From positions 10,461-74,460 of the forward strand of contig CAYYJH010000001.1 in assembly GCA_964472195.1 (NCBI GenBank): DNA of 64,000 bases. The letters run 5' to 3'. This DNA comes from an uncultured Ignavibacteriaceae bacterium. Lineage in GTDB: Bacteria > Bacteroidota > Ignavibacteria > Tepidaquicellales > Tepidaquicellaceae. The position numbers and the translations under genes were made by a program. The stretch's first letter is position 1, and each line of letters starts with the position of its first letter. The notes under the pieces are model-generated. The model was not told the origin of the DNA, searched no databases, and saw only the letters and a program-made list of their open reading frames with translations. Shown in pieces: positions 19,176 through 29,809 of this stretch.

Positions 19176-20417
19176 ATGAATATATTAGAATTTTCAGAAT
19201 GTTATCCCAATGAGTATGAACCCTTTTCCGGTGAGTTTGTTTATCAACATTTGATTCATTTTTCAAAATATGCTGACGTTGCAGCTGTTGTTCCATTAAG
19301 ATATGTTCCTCCGAAAGATTTGTTTTCAATAAATCTGGTTAAAAGTATTTGTAAAATATCGAGATGGGTGTCGTTACTTAACAAAACAAAAGATTTATAC
19401 AAAGATAATCTTGAAGTGATAAACCTCAGATATGTTTCATTACCAAGACCATATTTCGATTATCAGGATTTGTTCTTCTTCAGGAAATTATTTTTCAAAA
19501 GTATAAAAAAATTTTTGAGTAATAAACAAGTGGATCTAATATATTGTCACTGGTTTAGACCCGGAATATTACTGTGCAAGAAATTATCAGAGTACTACAA
19601 TGTTCCTTTAGTATTAGATCACCATGAAGATATTAGATCATTAAACAAATCCTTTCCCCAAAAGTATCATAAAATGTTTAAGCTATTTGAATTGGCTGAT
19701 AAAATAGTAGTGCACAGCGAGCAAAACAAAAAAGTCTTAATTGAGGAAGCCTCAAAGCAAGAAATAAATTTACCTGAAGTTCTGAAGATCTATTTGGGGC
19801 AAAATTTTATAGTTAATAAGAAAGAAAAAGAATTTTCAAAAAATGAATTTAAATTAATTTGTATCTCTCATTTAACTCATGCAAGGAAAAGGATAGAGCT
19901 TCTGATAAAAGGTGTAAGCTTAGTACTGAAAAATTCTGATTATAAAAAAAAACTGTCATTGAAAATAGTTGGTGATGGTGTATTAAGAAACCAGTATGAG
20001 AAATTAGCTAATGATTTATTATTGAATGATACAGTAGAATTCTTGGGAGGGAAGAATCAATCAGAAATAGAGGAGCTATTAGAAGAGTCAGATTTATTTA
20101 TACTCCCGAGTGATTATGAACCCTTTGGAGTAGTTTTCATAGAAGCGTTATCAAAAGGAGTTCCTGTGGTTACATGTCGGGGAAACGGTGGGGGAGAAGA
20201 ATTAGCAAGTCTTGGGGGTGGGGTTGAATTAGTAGCTCCAAATTCGGAAAGTGATTTAGCTAAGAAAATTATTGAACTTGGAAATGACCGTAAAAAGTTA
20301 TTGACAATGTCAGAGGTTGGAAAGAACATTGTGAGAGAAAACTTTACGTGGGATAAAAATGCACAGAGCACATACGATACTTTTAAGGAAATTATTACTT
20401 CATATAAACCGAATTAA
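19176..20417 (+). CDS. Family 4 glycosyltransferase
   Basis: ILPSDYEPFGVVFIEALSKGVPVV (E-x7-E motif) and N-terminal CYPNEYEPFSGEF typical of GT4. Confidence 0.85.
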   Translation: MNILEFSECYPNEYEPFSGEFVYQHLIHFSKYADVAAVVPLRYVPPKDLFSINLVKSICKISRWVSLLNKTKDLYKDNLEVINLRYVSLPRPYFDYQDLFFFRKLFFKSIKKFLSNKQVDLIYCHWFRPGILLCKKLSEYYNVPLVLDHHEDIRSLNKSFPQKYHKMFKLFELADKIVVHSEQNKKVLIEEASKQEINLPEVLKIYLGQNFIVNKKEKEFSKNEFKLICISHLTHARKRIELLIKGVSLVLKNSDYKKKLSLKIVGDGVLRNQYEKLANDLLLNDTVEFLGGKNQSEIEELLEESDLFILPSDYEPFGVVFIEALSKGVPVVTCRGNGGGEELASLGGGVELVAPNSESDLAKKIIELGNDRKKLLTMSEVGKNIVRENFTWDKNAQSTYDTFKEIITSYKPN

Positions 20418-20474
20418 CAAGAATTGTATTATCAGTACGAATGAAACACACGTTGTAAGCTATTTTGAATAATT

Positions 20475-21548
20475 ATGAGAAAAATTTTAACAGTCATAGG
20501 TGCAAGACCGCAATTCATCAAGTGTGCTCCTGTTTCAAAAGTTATTAGAAAATATTTCAAAGAGGTATTAGTTCACACAGGACAGCATTATGATTATGAG
20601 ATGTCGAGAGCATTTTTCGAGGAGCTTAAAATTCCTGAGCCGGATTTTAATTTAGGTATTGGATCTGACAGTCATTCCGCTCAGACAGCAAAAATGTTGA
20701 TTGCATTAGAAAGGGTTGTTGAAAAGATCAAGCCTGATTTGGTAATGGTTTATGGTGATACAAACAGCACATTAGCGGGTTCTTTGGTTGCATCAAAATT
20801 TCTGATTCCTCTAGCTCACGTAGAAGCGGGATTAAGGAGTTTTAACAGGAATATGCCGGAGGAGATAAACAGGGTGTGTTCCGATAGAATATCTGATATT
20901 TTGTTTTGTCCTACTAAAACAGCAAAAAAGAATTTAGAGATTGAAGGTATAAAGAAAAATGTCTTTTTAGTCGGCGATGTTATGAAAGATCTTATAGTAC
21001 ATACAATCAAAAGTAAGAAATTCAAAAGACGAATTTTAGAGAATACGAGTTTAAGAAAAGAACCATTTTGTTATTTAACAATACACAGGCAAGAAAACAC
21101 CGACGATGCTGCAAGATTAAAAAAAATATTTATTCTTATCGGTAATGTTAAATATAAGGTTATCTTTCCTTTGCATCCAAGAACCAGAAGGCAGATAAAC
21201 AAGAATAAAATTAAGATGCCGGATAATGTTTGTATTGCAAAGCCTATAAGTTATTTTGAAAGCCTTGCATTTCAAATGAATGCTGAGTTTGTAATAACTG
21301 ATAGCGGAGGAATACAAAAAGAAGCGTATATTCTTGGGACACCATGTATTACTATAAGAGATGAGACTGAATGGTCTGAAACACTGAAGAATGGCTTTAA
21401 TAAATTAGCTGGTATAGATACGAAGAAGTTTCTGTCAGCTATCGATGAGTGTATAACTTTAAAACTTAGACCAAATATTAATCTTTTCGGTCATGGGGAT
21501 GCTTCAGAAAAGATTACAAAAATTATTAGGAAATATCTTTCTATATAA
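20475..21548 (+). CDS. wecB: UDP-N-acetylglucosamine 2-epimerase (non-hydrolysing)
   Basis: ILTVIGARPQFIKCAPV, HTGQHYDYEMS, GDTNSTLAG, HVEAGLRS, DSGGIQKEA: the full set of WecB-family motifs. Confidence 0.9.
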   Translation: MRKILTVIGARPQFIKCAPVSKVIRKYFKEVLVHTGQHYDYEMSRAFFEELKIPEPDFNLGIGSDSHSAQTAKMLIALERVVEKIKPDLVMVYGDTNSTLAGSLVASKFLIPLAHVEAGLRSFNRNMPEEINRVCSDRISDILFCPTKTAKKNLEIEGIKKNVFLVGDVMKDLIVHTIKSKKFKRRILENTSLRKEPFCYLTIHRQENTDDAARLKKIFILIGNVKYKVIFPLHPRTRRQINKNKIKMPDNVCIAKPISYFESLAFQMNAEFVITDSGGIQKEAYILGTPCITIRDETEWSETLKNGFNKLAGIDTKKFLSAIDECITLKLRPNINLFGHGDASEKITKIIRKYLSI

Positions 21549-21559
21549 TAGAATATTTT

Positions 21560-22750
21560 TTGTTTTCCATTTATACTTTTTTAATGAAGATACTCCACAT
21601 AGAAGATAGATTTCATCCGGGATTAGGACATCAGATAAATAATTTTGCAAAGCTGCATGATCCCAATATAGAATTTCATATTCTCAGTTCAAATTCATTC
21701 TATCCTTGGAAAGGAACAGACTCGAAAGAAATAATAACTGTTTCCGATAAAGAATTTGAAAAGAAATACAATGTCATAATTCACAGGACAGACATACTTT
21801 TTGAAATTCATAGCAGGGTCTGGATGAAAAAGTTGAAGAAGAAAATATTAGAGATTAATCCGGACGTAATTTATACACATGGAATAGAAACTTTTTCTGC
21901 TATGAGAGTAATCTTAAGTAAGTTTTCGAAGAAATATAAAACATTTACTGACACGCACACTTTATTAGGACAATCGAAAAACAAATTCGTTGGCAGCTTG
22001 TTTTATTTTATTTTCGTAAGAACAGTTGTTCCCATAATAAATAAAAGGAACATCAGAGTTTTTTTTACAACAAATGAAAATGGAATGATTTTGAAAGATA
22101 TATACGAAATAAAAGAAGAGAATATTCACAGTTGTTTGATTGGTGCTGATACATCTAAATTCTATTTTGATGATGTTCAAAGAAAATCATTAAGAGGTCA
22201 ATATAAAATAGAAGAAAATGATGTTACTATTATATACACTGGAAAACATAATGTCATAAAGCAGCCTCACCTTGTTTTTGAAGCGGTTAAAAATCTTGGA
22301 AGGAGAAATTCTGTAAAACTCTTTTTGTTTTTTATAGGGAGTAGAGATGAGAAATATTTCAAGAAGCATTTTATTAAACAATTAAGTGACAATTTCGAAT
22401 TTATTTACATTCCTGAAATTGAAAATGATGAACTATATAAATATTATTCAATGGCAGATATAGCTGTTTTTCCAAAAGAAAATACTCTAAGTACACTTGA
22501 TGTACAGGCTTGTAAACTACCCGTAATATTGGAAAACAATCAGACCAATAGAGATAGAATTAGAGATAGCGGTTTACTTTATGAAAAAAACAATTTGAAT
22601 GACCTTTCGAATAAAATTTATGAACTGATTTCAAATATTGAATTGAGAAAAAAGTTTGGTGAGAACGGATTAGCTTTTATTAAGGAAGTTTATGATTATA
22701 AAAAAATAATTTCTAGAATGGAAAATATTCTTACGAAAAATGAAACTTAA
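21560..22750 (+). CDS. Family 4-like glycosyltransferase
   Basis: GT-B organisation. C-terminal YSMADIAVFPKENTLSTLDVQACKLPVI resembles the GT1/GT4 donor-binding block. Weaker than the other GT4 calls. Confidence 0.65.
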   Translation: MFSIYTFLMKILHIEDRFHPGLGHQINNFAKLHDPNIEFHILSSNSFYPWKGTDSKEIITVSDKEFEKKYNVIIHRTDILFEIHSRVWMKKLKKKILEINPDVIYTHGIETFSAMRVILSKFSKKYKTFTDTHTLLGQSKNKFVGSLFYFIFVRTVVPIINKRNIRVFFTTNENGMILKDIYEIKEENIHSCLIGADTSKFYFDDVQRKSLRGQYKIEENDVTIIYTGKHNVIKQPHLVFEAVKNLGRRNSVKLFLFFIGSRDEKYFKKHFIKQLSDNFEFIYIPEIENDELYKYYSMADIAVFPKENTLSTLDVQACKLPVILENNQTNRDRIRDSGLLYEKNNLNDLSNKIYELISNIELRKKFGENGLAFIKEVYDYKKIISRMENILTKNET

Positions 22751-23417
22751 AAGATTTTTAAAAATATTTTTAAGAAAAGATCTCTATACAAAATCTCAAT
22801 TTGAATGTTTAAGTGAGACTCATGGCAATCCTGGAGCGGCTTTCACGATATGCCCGGATAAAATAAACGAGAACTCAGTTGTTTATTCTTTTGGTATAGG
22901 AACAGATATTTCTTTCGATGTTTCAATAATTAAAAAATACAAACTGAACGTTTATGCTTTTGATCCAACACCTCGCTCATTAGATTGGTTAAAAACTCAA
23001 AAGTTGCCGGACAGTTTCAGTTACTATGATTTTGGAATTGCTTCCTTTGACGGTGAAGCTAGGTTTTTTTCACCTAAAAATCCTGTTAACGTCTCATACA
23101 GCATGGAGAAAAACACATTTGTTTCATCAGATTCAGTTGAAGTTAAGGTTAACAAATTACAGACAATAATGAATATGTTTGGACATAGTAAAATTGATAT
23201 TTTAAAAATGGATATAGAAGGAGGCGAGTATGATGTGATAAGTGATATTATAAAGTCAAACATTGAGATTGGGCAATTGTTGATTGAATTTCATCACCGT
23301 TTAATATCGAATGGGATTCAAAAAACGAAACAATCTTTAAAAGAATTGAACAACGCAAATTATAAAATATTTCATGTATCAGATACTGGCGAGGAACTAT
23401 CTTTTATGAAAGTATAA
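22740..23417 (+). CDS. FkbM-family SAM-dependent methyltransferase
   Basis: VYSFGIGTDISFD, FDPTP, and ILKMDIEGGEYDVI, the FkbM signature. Overlaps the upstream gene by 11 nt. Confidence 0.8.
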   Translation: MKLKRFLKIFLRKDLYTKSQFECLSETHGNPGAAFTICPDKINENSVVYSFGIGTDISFDVSIIKKYKLNVYAFDPTPRSLDWLKTQKLPDSFSYYDFGIASFDGEARFFSPKNPVNVSYSMEKNTFVSSDSVEVKVNKLQTIMNMFGHSKIDILKMDIEGGEYDVISDIIKSNIEIGQLLIEFHHRLISNGIQKTKQSLKELNNANYKIFHVSDTGEELSFMKV

Positions 23418-23461
23418 ATTATAAACAACAATCTTAAATCAATTTACTTTATTAATTTTTT

Positions 23462-24580
23462 ATGAAAATAAAAAAAATATTAGTAATAGGTAGTTTACCT
23501 CCTCCTTTACATGGAGCCTCTGTATATTTTAAGAACATCATTGATAATGAAAAGTTGAAAGAGGATTTTAAAGTTTTAAGTTTGAATATCTCAGTGAACA
23601 AAGATATATCGACAATGACTAAGTTTTCTTTTAAGAAGGTTGTTTTATCAGTGATAAACTATGTTAAGCTTATCTTCATGCTTGTTTTTAACCGTATCGG
23701 GATTGTTTATATGCAGGTTTCCTACCCTGTGTTTGCGTTTTTAAAAGATTCAGTATTTGTTTTAATATTAAGATTTTTCCGAAAGAAAGTCATCGGTGCT
23801 GTATTGGGAACTGGTTATAAACAAATTAGAGAAAGCAAGAGTAAATTATTGTTGAAATATTATGGATACATATTTAAAAAATTTAATGCATTTACAACAC
23901 CAGGTATCTACATGATTACAAACGATGGTTTCACAATGGAAATGCTTAAAAAATCAAAAGAGCTTCCATTCGCAATTAACCCGATTAATCTGTCAATGCA
24001 AAGTATAAAAGAAGTGAGTTTCCCATTCCAGATTCTTTTCATGGGAAATCTCCATCCTGGTAAAGGTGTCTTTGAATGTTTGGAAAGTATTCCTTTTGTT
24101 GTGAAAAAGTACAAACGTGTAAAGTTTATTTTTGCGGGTGAATGGTCTTCTAGAGAAGATGAAGTCCGTGCGAATAAAATTATCGAGGAAAACAATATTG
24201 CATCTTATTGTGAAATCATTGGAACAATCTCAGGAGAGGAAAAGAAAAAATATTTTGAAGAAAGTGTGATATTCTTATTGCCCACATATTACCACTCTGA
24301 GGGTTTTCCGCTTGCTTTATTAGATGCTATGTCATTCGGGTTGTATATTATTACTACGAGACATGCTGCAATACCTTCGGTTATTATTGATTATTTCAAT
24401 GGCGTTTATTGCAAACAAAGGGACCCACAAGATTTAGCTGATAAAATTATATTAGCAATAAAAGAAAAGGCTGAAACAGATACCATAAGATATCAAGCTA
24501 TCAAATGCTTTTATTCAAACTATGCATACTCAATATTCATTAATAGGTTTAAAGGTTTATTAAATGAATTTGCAAATTAA
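23462..24580 (+). CDS. Family 4/1 glycosyltransferase
   Basis: LVIGSLPPPLHGAS N-terminus, FMGNLHPGKG, LPTYYHSEGFPLALLDAMSFGL (E-x7-E-like). Confidence 0.75.
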   Translation: MKIKKILVIGSLPPPLHGASVYFKNIIDNEKLKEDFKVLSLNISVNKDISTMTKFSFKKVVLSVINYVKLIFMLVFNRIGIVYMQVSYPVFAFLKDSVFVLILRFFRKKVIGAVLGTGYKQIRESKSKLLLKYYGYIFKKFNAFTTPGIYMITNDGFTMEMLKKSKELPFAINPINLSMQSIKEVSFPFQILFMGNLHPGKGVFECLESIPFVVKKYKRVKFIFAGEWSSREDEVRANKIIEENNIASYCEIIGTISGEEKKKYFEESVIFLLPTYYHSEGFPLALLDAMSFGLYIITTRHAAIPSVIIDYFNGVYCKQRDPQDLADKIILAIKEKAETDTIRYQAIKCFYSNYAYSIFINRFKGLLNEFAN

Positions 24581-24634
24581 ACTGTTCGGAAATTTTATTA
24601 ATTATTTTCTTTATCATTTATAACGACTAACTTT

Positions 24635-26530
24635 ATGTGTGGTATAACCGGATTGATAAATACAGGAAATAAAAGTATTCTCAAGAAAATGACGAAGCTT
24701 ATTTCTTATAGAGGTCCTGATGATGAGGGTGTATTCTGGTCTGAGAAGTTTTGTTCGGGATTAGGGCATCGGAGGTTATCTATAATCGATCTTTCCAGCC
24801 GGGGACACCAGCCAATGTCGAATGAAAAGGGAAATCTTCATATAACATACAACGGAGAGATTTATAATTATAAAGATATAAAATCATCGCTTGAAAATCT
24901 TGGATACAACTTCAATTCTAATTCCGATACGGAAGTTATTCTTAAATCTTTTGAAGAATGGGGAGAAGAGTGCCTGTTAAAATTTAATGGCATGTTCGCC
25001 TTTGCAATTTATAATTCTGATACAAACAACCTTTTTGCAGCAAGGGATAGAATTGGTGTAAAACCATTTTACTATTGTCAGAAGAACAGCTCATTTATTT
25101 TTTCTTCAGAAATTAAATCTATTTTGAAGTCCAATCTTGTTGAGACTTCTCCTGATTATTTTTCTTTATTAACTCCAACAAGGTTCCAAATTTCACCTTA
25201 TACTGGTTTCAAAGATATTTTTAAACTTACACCAGGCTATTCACTTAAATTTTATGAAGGTAATTTAAAACTAAAAAAATATTGGGACATAATTCCTCTA
25301 GAAAAAGAGTTAGGAGAAGATACTGCCATTAAACAGTTGGATGATTTATTGAATGATTCAATAAACAGACAGATGTTATCCGATGTTCCGGTTGGAATAT
25401 TTTTAAGCGGTGGACTTGACTCATCTATCATTGCTGCACTTATGAGGAAGAACACTCAAAAAGATATTCATTCTTTTACGATTAAGTTCTCAGATAAAGA
25501 TCAGAAATATGAAAAGATGGTTAAAGATGAATTGTTTGCCAGAAAAGTTGCTGAACAATTTGATTTTAATTATAACGAAATAGTGGTTAGTCCTGATATT
25601 GAAGATTTGCTTCCTAAAATAATCTGGCATCTCGATGAACCTCTTGCAGACCCTGCTGCAATTAACACATATTTAATTTCGAAAGCTGCGAGAGATATTA
25701 ATATCATTGTTCTATTAAACGGTATGGGTGGAGATGAAATATTTGGAGGATATCGTAAACATTTTGCATGTCTAAAAGCAGATGTTTACAATAAATATGT
25801 ACCGGGTGTTTTCAGAAATGTTACAAAGTCAGCATTTGATCATATTCCTGTTGCATCATCAACACAGGGTTTTAAATATGCGAGATGGTTAAAAAGATTT
25901 TTATCTATTGCTTCTCTTCCAAGAGTCGAAAGATTCCTTTCTTCTGATTTGTCTCTTACAGGTAAACAATTTAATGAGATGTTTGCTGATGATTTAGACT
26001 ATGAAGATACACATTACTTTATATCTCAGATCGATAATTTTAAATCAGATGATTTATCATACTTAACGAAGATGTGTTTGAATGATACAAAGGTAATGCT
26101 CCCTGAACATAATCTCAATTATTCAGACAAAGCATCAATGGCAGCAAGCATTGAAAGTAGGCCTCCATTAACGGATCACTTACTTGTTGAATTTATGTTT
26201 AACTTAACTTCAGATTTTAGAATTAAAAGAAACACTCAAAAATATCTTTTGAAAAAAGTTTCTGAGAAATATTTATCAAACGAAATAATTTATAGACCGA
26301 AAGCACCTTTTGGTTCACCTCTTCGCTCTTGGATAAGGGGTCCCCTTTCGGTAATGGTTAATGATTACTTGTTATCAGAATCATTAAAGAAAAGAAATCT
26401 GTACAACCAAAATTATGTTAAAAGACTAATAGAATTAGATAGAGAAGGTAAAGAAGATAATTCGCATATAATCTGGACACTGCTCACAAATGAGATTTGG
26501 TTTAGAACTTTTTTTGGAAATAATAGATGA
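24635..26530 (+). CDS. Asparagine synthase (glutamine-hydrolysing)-family amidotransferase (WbpS-like)
   Basis: N-terminal MCGITG Ntn-nucleophile, HRRLSIIDL, and SGGLDSS PP-loop in the synthetase domain. Confidence 0.9.
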   Translation: MCGITGLINTGNKSILKKMTKLISYRGPDDEGVFWSEKFCSGLGHRRLSIIDLSSRGHQPMSNEKGNLHITYNGEIYNYKDIKSSLENLGYNFNSNSDTEVILKSFEEWGEECLLKFNGMFAFAIYNSDTNNLFAARDRIGVKPFYYCQKNSSFIFSSEIKSILKSNLVETSPDYFSLLTPTRFQISPYTGFKDIFKLTPGYSLKFYEGNLKLKKYWDIIPLEKELGEDTAIKQLDDLLNDSINRQMLSDVPVGIFLSGGLDSSIIAALMRKNTQKDIHSFTIKFSDKDQKYEKMVKDELFARKVAEQFDFNYNEIVVSPDIEDLLPKIIWHLDEPLADPAAINTYLISKAARDINIIVLLNGMGGDEIFGGYRKHFACLKADVYNKYVPGVFRNVTKSAFDHIPVASSTQGFKYARWLKRFLSIASLPRVERFLSSDLSLTGKQFNEMFADDLDYEDTHYFISQIDNFKSDDLSYLTKMCLNDTKVMLPEHNLNYSDKASMAASIESRPPLTDHLLVEFMFNLTSDFRIKRNTQKYLLKKVSEKYLSNEIIYRPKAPFGSPLRSWIRGPLSVMVNDYLLSESLKKRNLYNQNYVKRLIELDREGKEDNSHIIWTLLTNEIWFRTFFGNNR

Positions 26531-27603
26531 TAAATAAAGTAATAAATATTATAAAAGAGTCTGTGAGAGGAGAATTAAAGCGTGTATTGATAATAATTAT
26601 CATAGCATTTCCTGTATACAATTTAATATTGTTAAATTTTCATCATGAGTTTAGAGTTAGTGTTAATAAAGTTGTAGAAATTAATAATGATGAGTTCTTT
26701 AAAGCGAAGCCCAGCGTAGTTGATGAGGATATGAGATGGGAAGATAAAAGCCTGGTTAAGAATTTTGAATACACATTAACTGATTCATTAGTCACGAAAG
26801 AGAAATCATTGAAGCAGGTAATGTATATTATGAAAGTATTAGGGAAGCTCTATTCCGAGAGACAACTTGTTAATAAACATATTCCCGAATCACCCGAAAG
26901 TATCAGGGATTTATTTTTTAATAATAATTACAGGGGAAGTTGTTACAATGATGCTATTTTATTATCAACGATAATGCAGAAGGAGTCTTACTTTGCAAGA
27001 ATAATTGGATTGAATGGAAGTGACGGGCTTGGAGGCACGGGACATAACATAGTTGAAGTGTGGATTGATTCCCTTAATAAGTGGGTAGCATTTGACCCTC
27101 AGAACAATGTTTGTTTTAAAAATAAAGAAGATGTTTTTCTTTCTGTTCTTGATTTGAGGAAAGCAGTCATAAAAAGTAATAATGCAGATGAGTTTTTTGA
27201 TAAAGTGGAGGTTGTTCAGTTCATCGACAATCCGAATCTTGCAAAATATATTTTTAAGTTGTATAAACCTTTAATACAAGATTTAGTTTTTTATTCTAAC
27301 AATGACTTTTATACTGAATCTCAGACTTCCTTTACAAGAAAGATTTCCGACATTGTTGAAACGCAGTTTGAAACTTTCGGAGTCTTAGCAATCTGGTCGG
27401 GAAGATGGTTCAGGTCAGTATTGGGGACACAAATAAAATTATACAGGTTTATGGATGATCATAATAATGAAAGTTATCATCCAAATGTTCGTTATTATTT
27501 GTACTTTATTTTTTACTGGTTATGGATTATTAGTGTTTTTTTAATGATTATTATTTTTATTAACTTTATAATTGTAAAAGTATTTAAAAAGAAAATTGAA
27601 TAA
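26527..27603 (+). CDS. Membrane-anchored transglutaminase-like (Cys-His-Asp) domain protein
   Basis: Hydrophobic segments at both termini. GSCYNDAILLSTIM...ARIIGL, then GHNIVEVWID...KWVAFDPQ, reproduces the C...H...D spacing of transglutaminase-core/cysteine-protease-like proteins. ATGA overlap with the asnB-like gene. Confidence 0.5.
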   Translation: MINKVINIIKESVRGELKRVLIIIIIAFPVYNLILLNFHHEFRVSVNKVVEINNDEFFKAKPSVVDEDMRWEDKSLVKNFEYTLTDSLVTKEKSLKQVMYIMKVLGKLYSERQLVNKHIPESPESIRDLFFNNNYRGSCYNDAILLSTIMQKESYFARIIGLNGSDGLGGTGHNIVEVWIDSLNKWVAFDPQNNVCFKNKEDVFLSVLDLRKAVIKSNNADEFFDKVEVVQFIDNPNLAKYIFKLYKPLIQDLVFYSNNDFYTESQTSFTRKISDIVETQFETFGVLAIWSGRWFRSVLGTQIKLYRFMDDHNNESYHPNVRYYLYFIFYWLWIISVFLMIIIFINFIIVKVFKKKIE

Positions 27604-27655
27604 GGATATTGTAGATTTAATTTTAAGATAGACTTCAATATTAAATGACTAAATA

Positions 27656-29809
27656 ATGTATCAGATAATTCAATATCAAAAAACTGGTGAACTTATTATT
27701 GAAAAACTTCCTAAACCAATATTAAGGGATGGTGGAATCTTAGTTCATAATGTATACTCTTTGATAAGTGCAGGAACAGAAAGAACATCTGTTGAAACTG
27801 CACAAGCATCTATGATAGGAAAAGCAAAAAAACGTCCGGATCTTGTTAAACAAGTCAGAGATAGTATTAAAAAAGAAGGATTGTTAGCTACATATAAAAA
27901 AGTTAAAAACAGACTCGATAATTATAAAGAATTGGGGTACAGTTCATCGGGTGTTGTAATAGAATCATCAGTTCAAGGTTTTAAATCTGGCGATAGAGTT
28001 GCTTGTGCAGGGGGAGGATATGCGAACCATGCAGAAATTATATTTGTGCCCAAGAACCTTACAGTCAAAATGCCCGATTCTATATCATTCCAGGAGGGAG
28101 CCTTTACAACAGTTGGAGCAATTGCACTACAAGGGTTAAGGCAGGCTGATGTAAAGATTGGTGAATCTGTTGTAGTAATTGGATTAGGATTGATAGGGCT
28201 TATAACAGTTCAACTATTGAAAGCAAGTGGAGTCAGTGTAATAGGTATAGATATCACTAATAATAATTTCCAGTTAGCTCATAAATTTGGATGTGATGTG
28301 TGTTTGCTAAGCGAAAGCGTTTCTGATATTAAAATTAAGAGTTATACTTATGGTATTGGAGCGGATGCTGTTATTATTACCGCATCTTCAAAAAGTAATG
28401 AACCTGTTGAGACAGCTATTTCTGTTGCAAGAAGAAAAGCAAAAGTCGTGATAGTTGGTTCAGTTGGGATGGATATTCCACGGTCACCATTTTATGAAAA
28501 AGAACTCGATGTAAAAATATCATGCTCTTATGGACCGGGAAGATATGATATTGATTATGAGAAAAAAGGGCTGGATTATCCTTATGATTATGTACGCTGG
28601 ACAGAGAACAGGAATATGTCTGCCATAGTAAATCTTGTGTCACAGAAAAAACTGGATTTAAATTCTTTAATCACACACGAGTTTCCAATTAAGGATGGTT
28701 TAAAAGCATATGATCTTGTTACAGGAAAAATAAAAGAGAAACATCTTGGGATATTATTGCATTATCCATCAAAAGGATTTGATGTTGAACATTTAGATAA
28801 AAAGATAGAGGTTGAGAAACCTGATACTAAGCAGGAATCTAAAATTGGAATTGGTTTTATTGGAGCAGGTAATTTTGCACAGTCTTATTTAATACCTAAT
28901 TTGTTAACAAATGAAATAAGTTTAAAAGCTGTAGCAACTGCTAATCCTGTTAATGCTAAATCTGCTGCGAAGAAATTTAAATTTGAGTATTGTACTACCG
29001 ATATATCTGAATTACTGAATGACAATAACATCAATACAGTTTTTATTGCAACACATCACGATTCTCACGCAAGGTATGTCGTTAGTGCATTAGAAAAGGG
29101 CAAACATGTATACGTGGAGAAACCGCTTGCAATCACCGAAGAGCAACTTAACGAAATAAAAAACGTTCTTGAAAACACCGATACTAAAACTAATTTAATG
29201 ATTGGTTTCAATCGAAGGTTTTCAAAACCTTTTACAGATATTAAGAAATTTTTTCAGGATAGAAAAGAGCCTTTCGTAATAAATTACCGAGTTAATGCCG
29301 GATTTATTCCTAAAAGCAACTGGGTCCAGGATAAGGAACAGGGCGGTAGAATTATTGGAGAAGGATGTCATTTTATAGATGTCATGAGTTTTTTAATAGG
29401 AGCTAATCCCGTAAGTGTTTTTGCTGAATCTATAGAATCGGAAAATCAGCAAGTTGAGAATTTCGATAATGTAAGTATAATAGTTAAGTACTCGGATGGT
29501 TCTATTGGAAACTTATTGTATCTTGCAAATGGTGATAGATTATTGTCAAAGGAGTATTGCGAGATTTATAGCGGTGGCGATACAGCAATAATGGATAATT
29601 TTAAAAGTGTTTCATTTTTTAAAAATGGAAAGAAAAATCGAGAATCTTACGATGGCTCTAAAGGTCACAAGGAAGAGGTCAAGTATTTTCTGGAACGGAT
29701 TAAAGGCGTTGCACCTGATAAAATAAATTTTGAATCGATCTACCACACAACACTTGCAACATTAAGAATAATGGAATCATTGCGAAAAAAATCACCAATG
29801 AAAATTTGA
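27656..29809 (+). CDS. Bi-domain oxidoreductase: MDR/zinc-ADH-like N-half fused to Gfo/Idh/MocA C-half
   Basis: N-half has a GroES-like ADH fold followed by the VVVIGLGLIGL Rossmann motif. C-half has the IGFIGAGNFAQSY Rossmann motif and the EKPLA motif of Gfo/Idh/MocA. Confidence 0.8.
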   Translation: MYQIIQYQKTGELIIEKLPKPILRDGGILVHNVYSLISAGTERTSVETAQASMIGKAKKRPDLVKQVRDSIKKEGLLATYKKVKNRLDNYKELGYSSSGVVIESSVQGFKSGDRVACAGGGYANHAEIIFVPKNLTVKMPDSISFQEGAFTTVGAIALQGLRQADVKIGESVVVIGLGLIGLITVQLLKASGVSVIGIDITNNNFQLAHKFGCDVCLLSESVSDIKIKSYTYGIGADAVIITASSKSNEPVETAISVARRKAKVVIVGSVGMDIPRSPFYEKELDVKISCSYGPGRYDIDYEKKGLDYPYDYVRWTENRNMSAIVNLVSQKKLDLNSLITHEFPIKDGLKAYDLVTGKIKEKHLGILLHYPSKGFDVEHLDKKIEVEKPDTKQESKIGIGFIGAGNFAQSYLIPNLLTNEISLKAVATANPVNAKSAAKKFKFEYCTTDISELLNDNNINTVFIATHHDSHARYVVSALEKGKHVYVEKPLAITEEQLNEIKNVLENTDTKTNLMIGFNRRFSKPFTDIKKFFQDRKEPFVINYRVNAGFIPKSNWVQDKEQGGRIIGEGCHFIDVMSFLIGANPVSVFAESIESENQQVENFDNVSIIVKYSDGSIGNLLYLANGDRLLSKEYCEIYSGGDTAIMDNFKSVSFFKNGKKNRESYDGSKGHKEEVKYFLERIKGVAPDKINFESIYHTTLATLRIMESLRKKSPMKI

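Noticed and set aside
1848-24195. Many 60-110-aa ORFs nested within or antisense to glycan-locus genes, for example 1848-2045, 2771-3022, 2808-3011, 8960-9283, 10913-11152, 20114-20371 and 23908-24195.
   Set aside because: All overlap well-supported longer CDSs and none has any motif support. I treat them as spurious.
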